Assembly (NCBI GenBank): GCA_013115125.1
Contig: JABANN010000100.1
Span: 54,168 to 74,167, forward strand
Source of the DNA: Perkinsus olseni
Lineage: Eukaryota
DNA: 20,000 bases
Direction of reading: 5' to 3'
Position 1 is the first letter of the stretch. Every line of letters starts with the position of its first letter. Position numbers and translations under genes: made by a program. Positions 19,786-20,000 of this stretch are shown piece after piece. The notes beneath the pieces were generated by a model. That model worked only from the letters and a program-made list of their open reading frames with translations. It had not been told where the DNA came from and searched no databases.

Positions 19786-19929
19786 TCAACCCAGCTGTGC
19801 TCGCGAGGCCCATAAGACCGAACACGAGCACCGGCCAGCATCAGGCGCCGAGCTGAAAAAAGGCGGAGCGGTGCAGACGAGACCACCACCTGAATCGACG
19901 CTCCATTACCAGGGCCGGGATGGAGATCA
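19786..19929 (-). pseudogene. 144-bp duplicate of the MSP gene segment 10048-10191 (end of exon 3, intron 3, start of exon 4 with the Sec UGA)
   Basis: 142/144 identical; the mismatches at 19871 and 19886 both fall in the intron. Confidence 0.95.
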
Positions 19930-19938
19930 AACGCCGGC

Positions 19939-19999
19939 AAGCGAGTCTCGTTCTTGACGGGACTCGCTTCCCTCCCGCTTCCCGAGAGGGAAGCGGGAG
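19939..19999. repeat. Two adjacent strong hairpins
   Basis: AAGCGAGTCTCGT-TCTTG-ACGGGACTCGCTT (19939-19969, one G-T pair) and CTCCCGCTTCCC-GAGA-GGGAAGCGGGAG (19972-19999). Confidence 0.85.
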
Positions 20000-20000
20000 A

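Overview
Eukaryotic protist DNA. Short (~50 bp) GT-AG introns, an intronless pepsin-like protease and the gene content suggest a Perkinsus-like alveolate (inference). The main result is a spliced minus-strand membrane-protein gene (10460->9235) that the ORF track misses. It has two in-frame UGA codons in redox-type contexts (C-S-T-U and G-A-U-C) and a canonical SECIS hairpin 35 nt after the stop, so it is probably a two-selenocysteine membrane selenoprotein (MSP-like). A 144-bp unspliced copy of its second Sec region is fused in frame to the reverse transcriptase of a decayed BEL/Pao-like LTR retrotransposon at the window end. The window also has a 4-exon Trf4/PAPD5-type poly(A) polymerase, a Mei2-like RRM protein, an A1 aspartic protease, a 98-N gap beside a 13-bp tandem repeat, a 15-bp-period insertion in the RT, and many intergenic perfect palindromes with a single central base.
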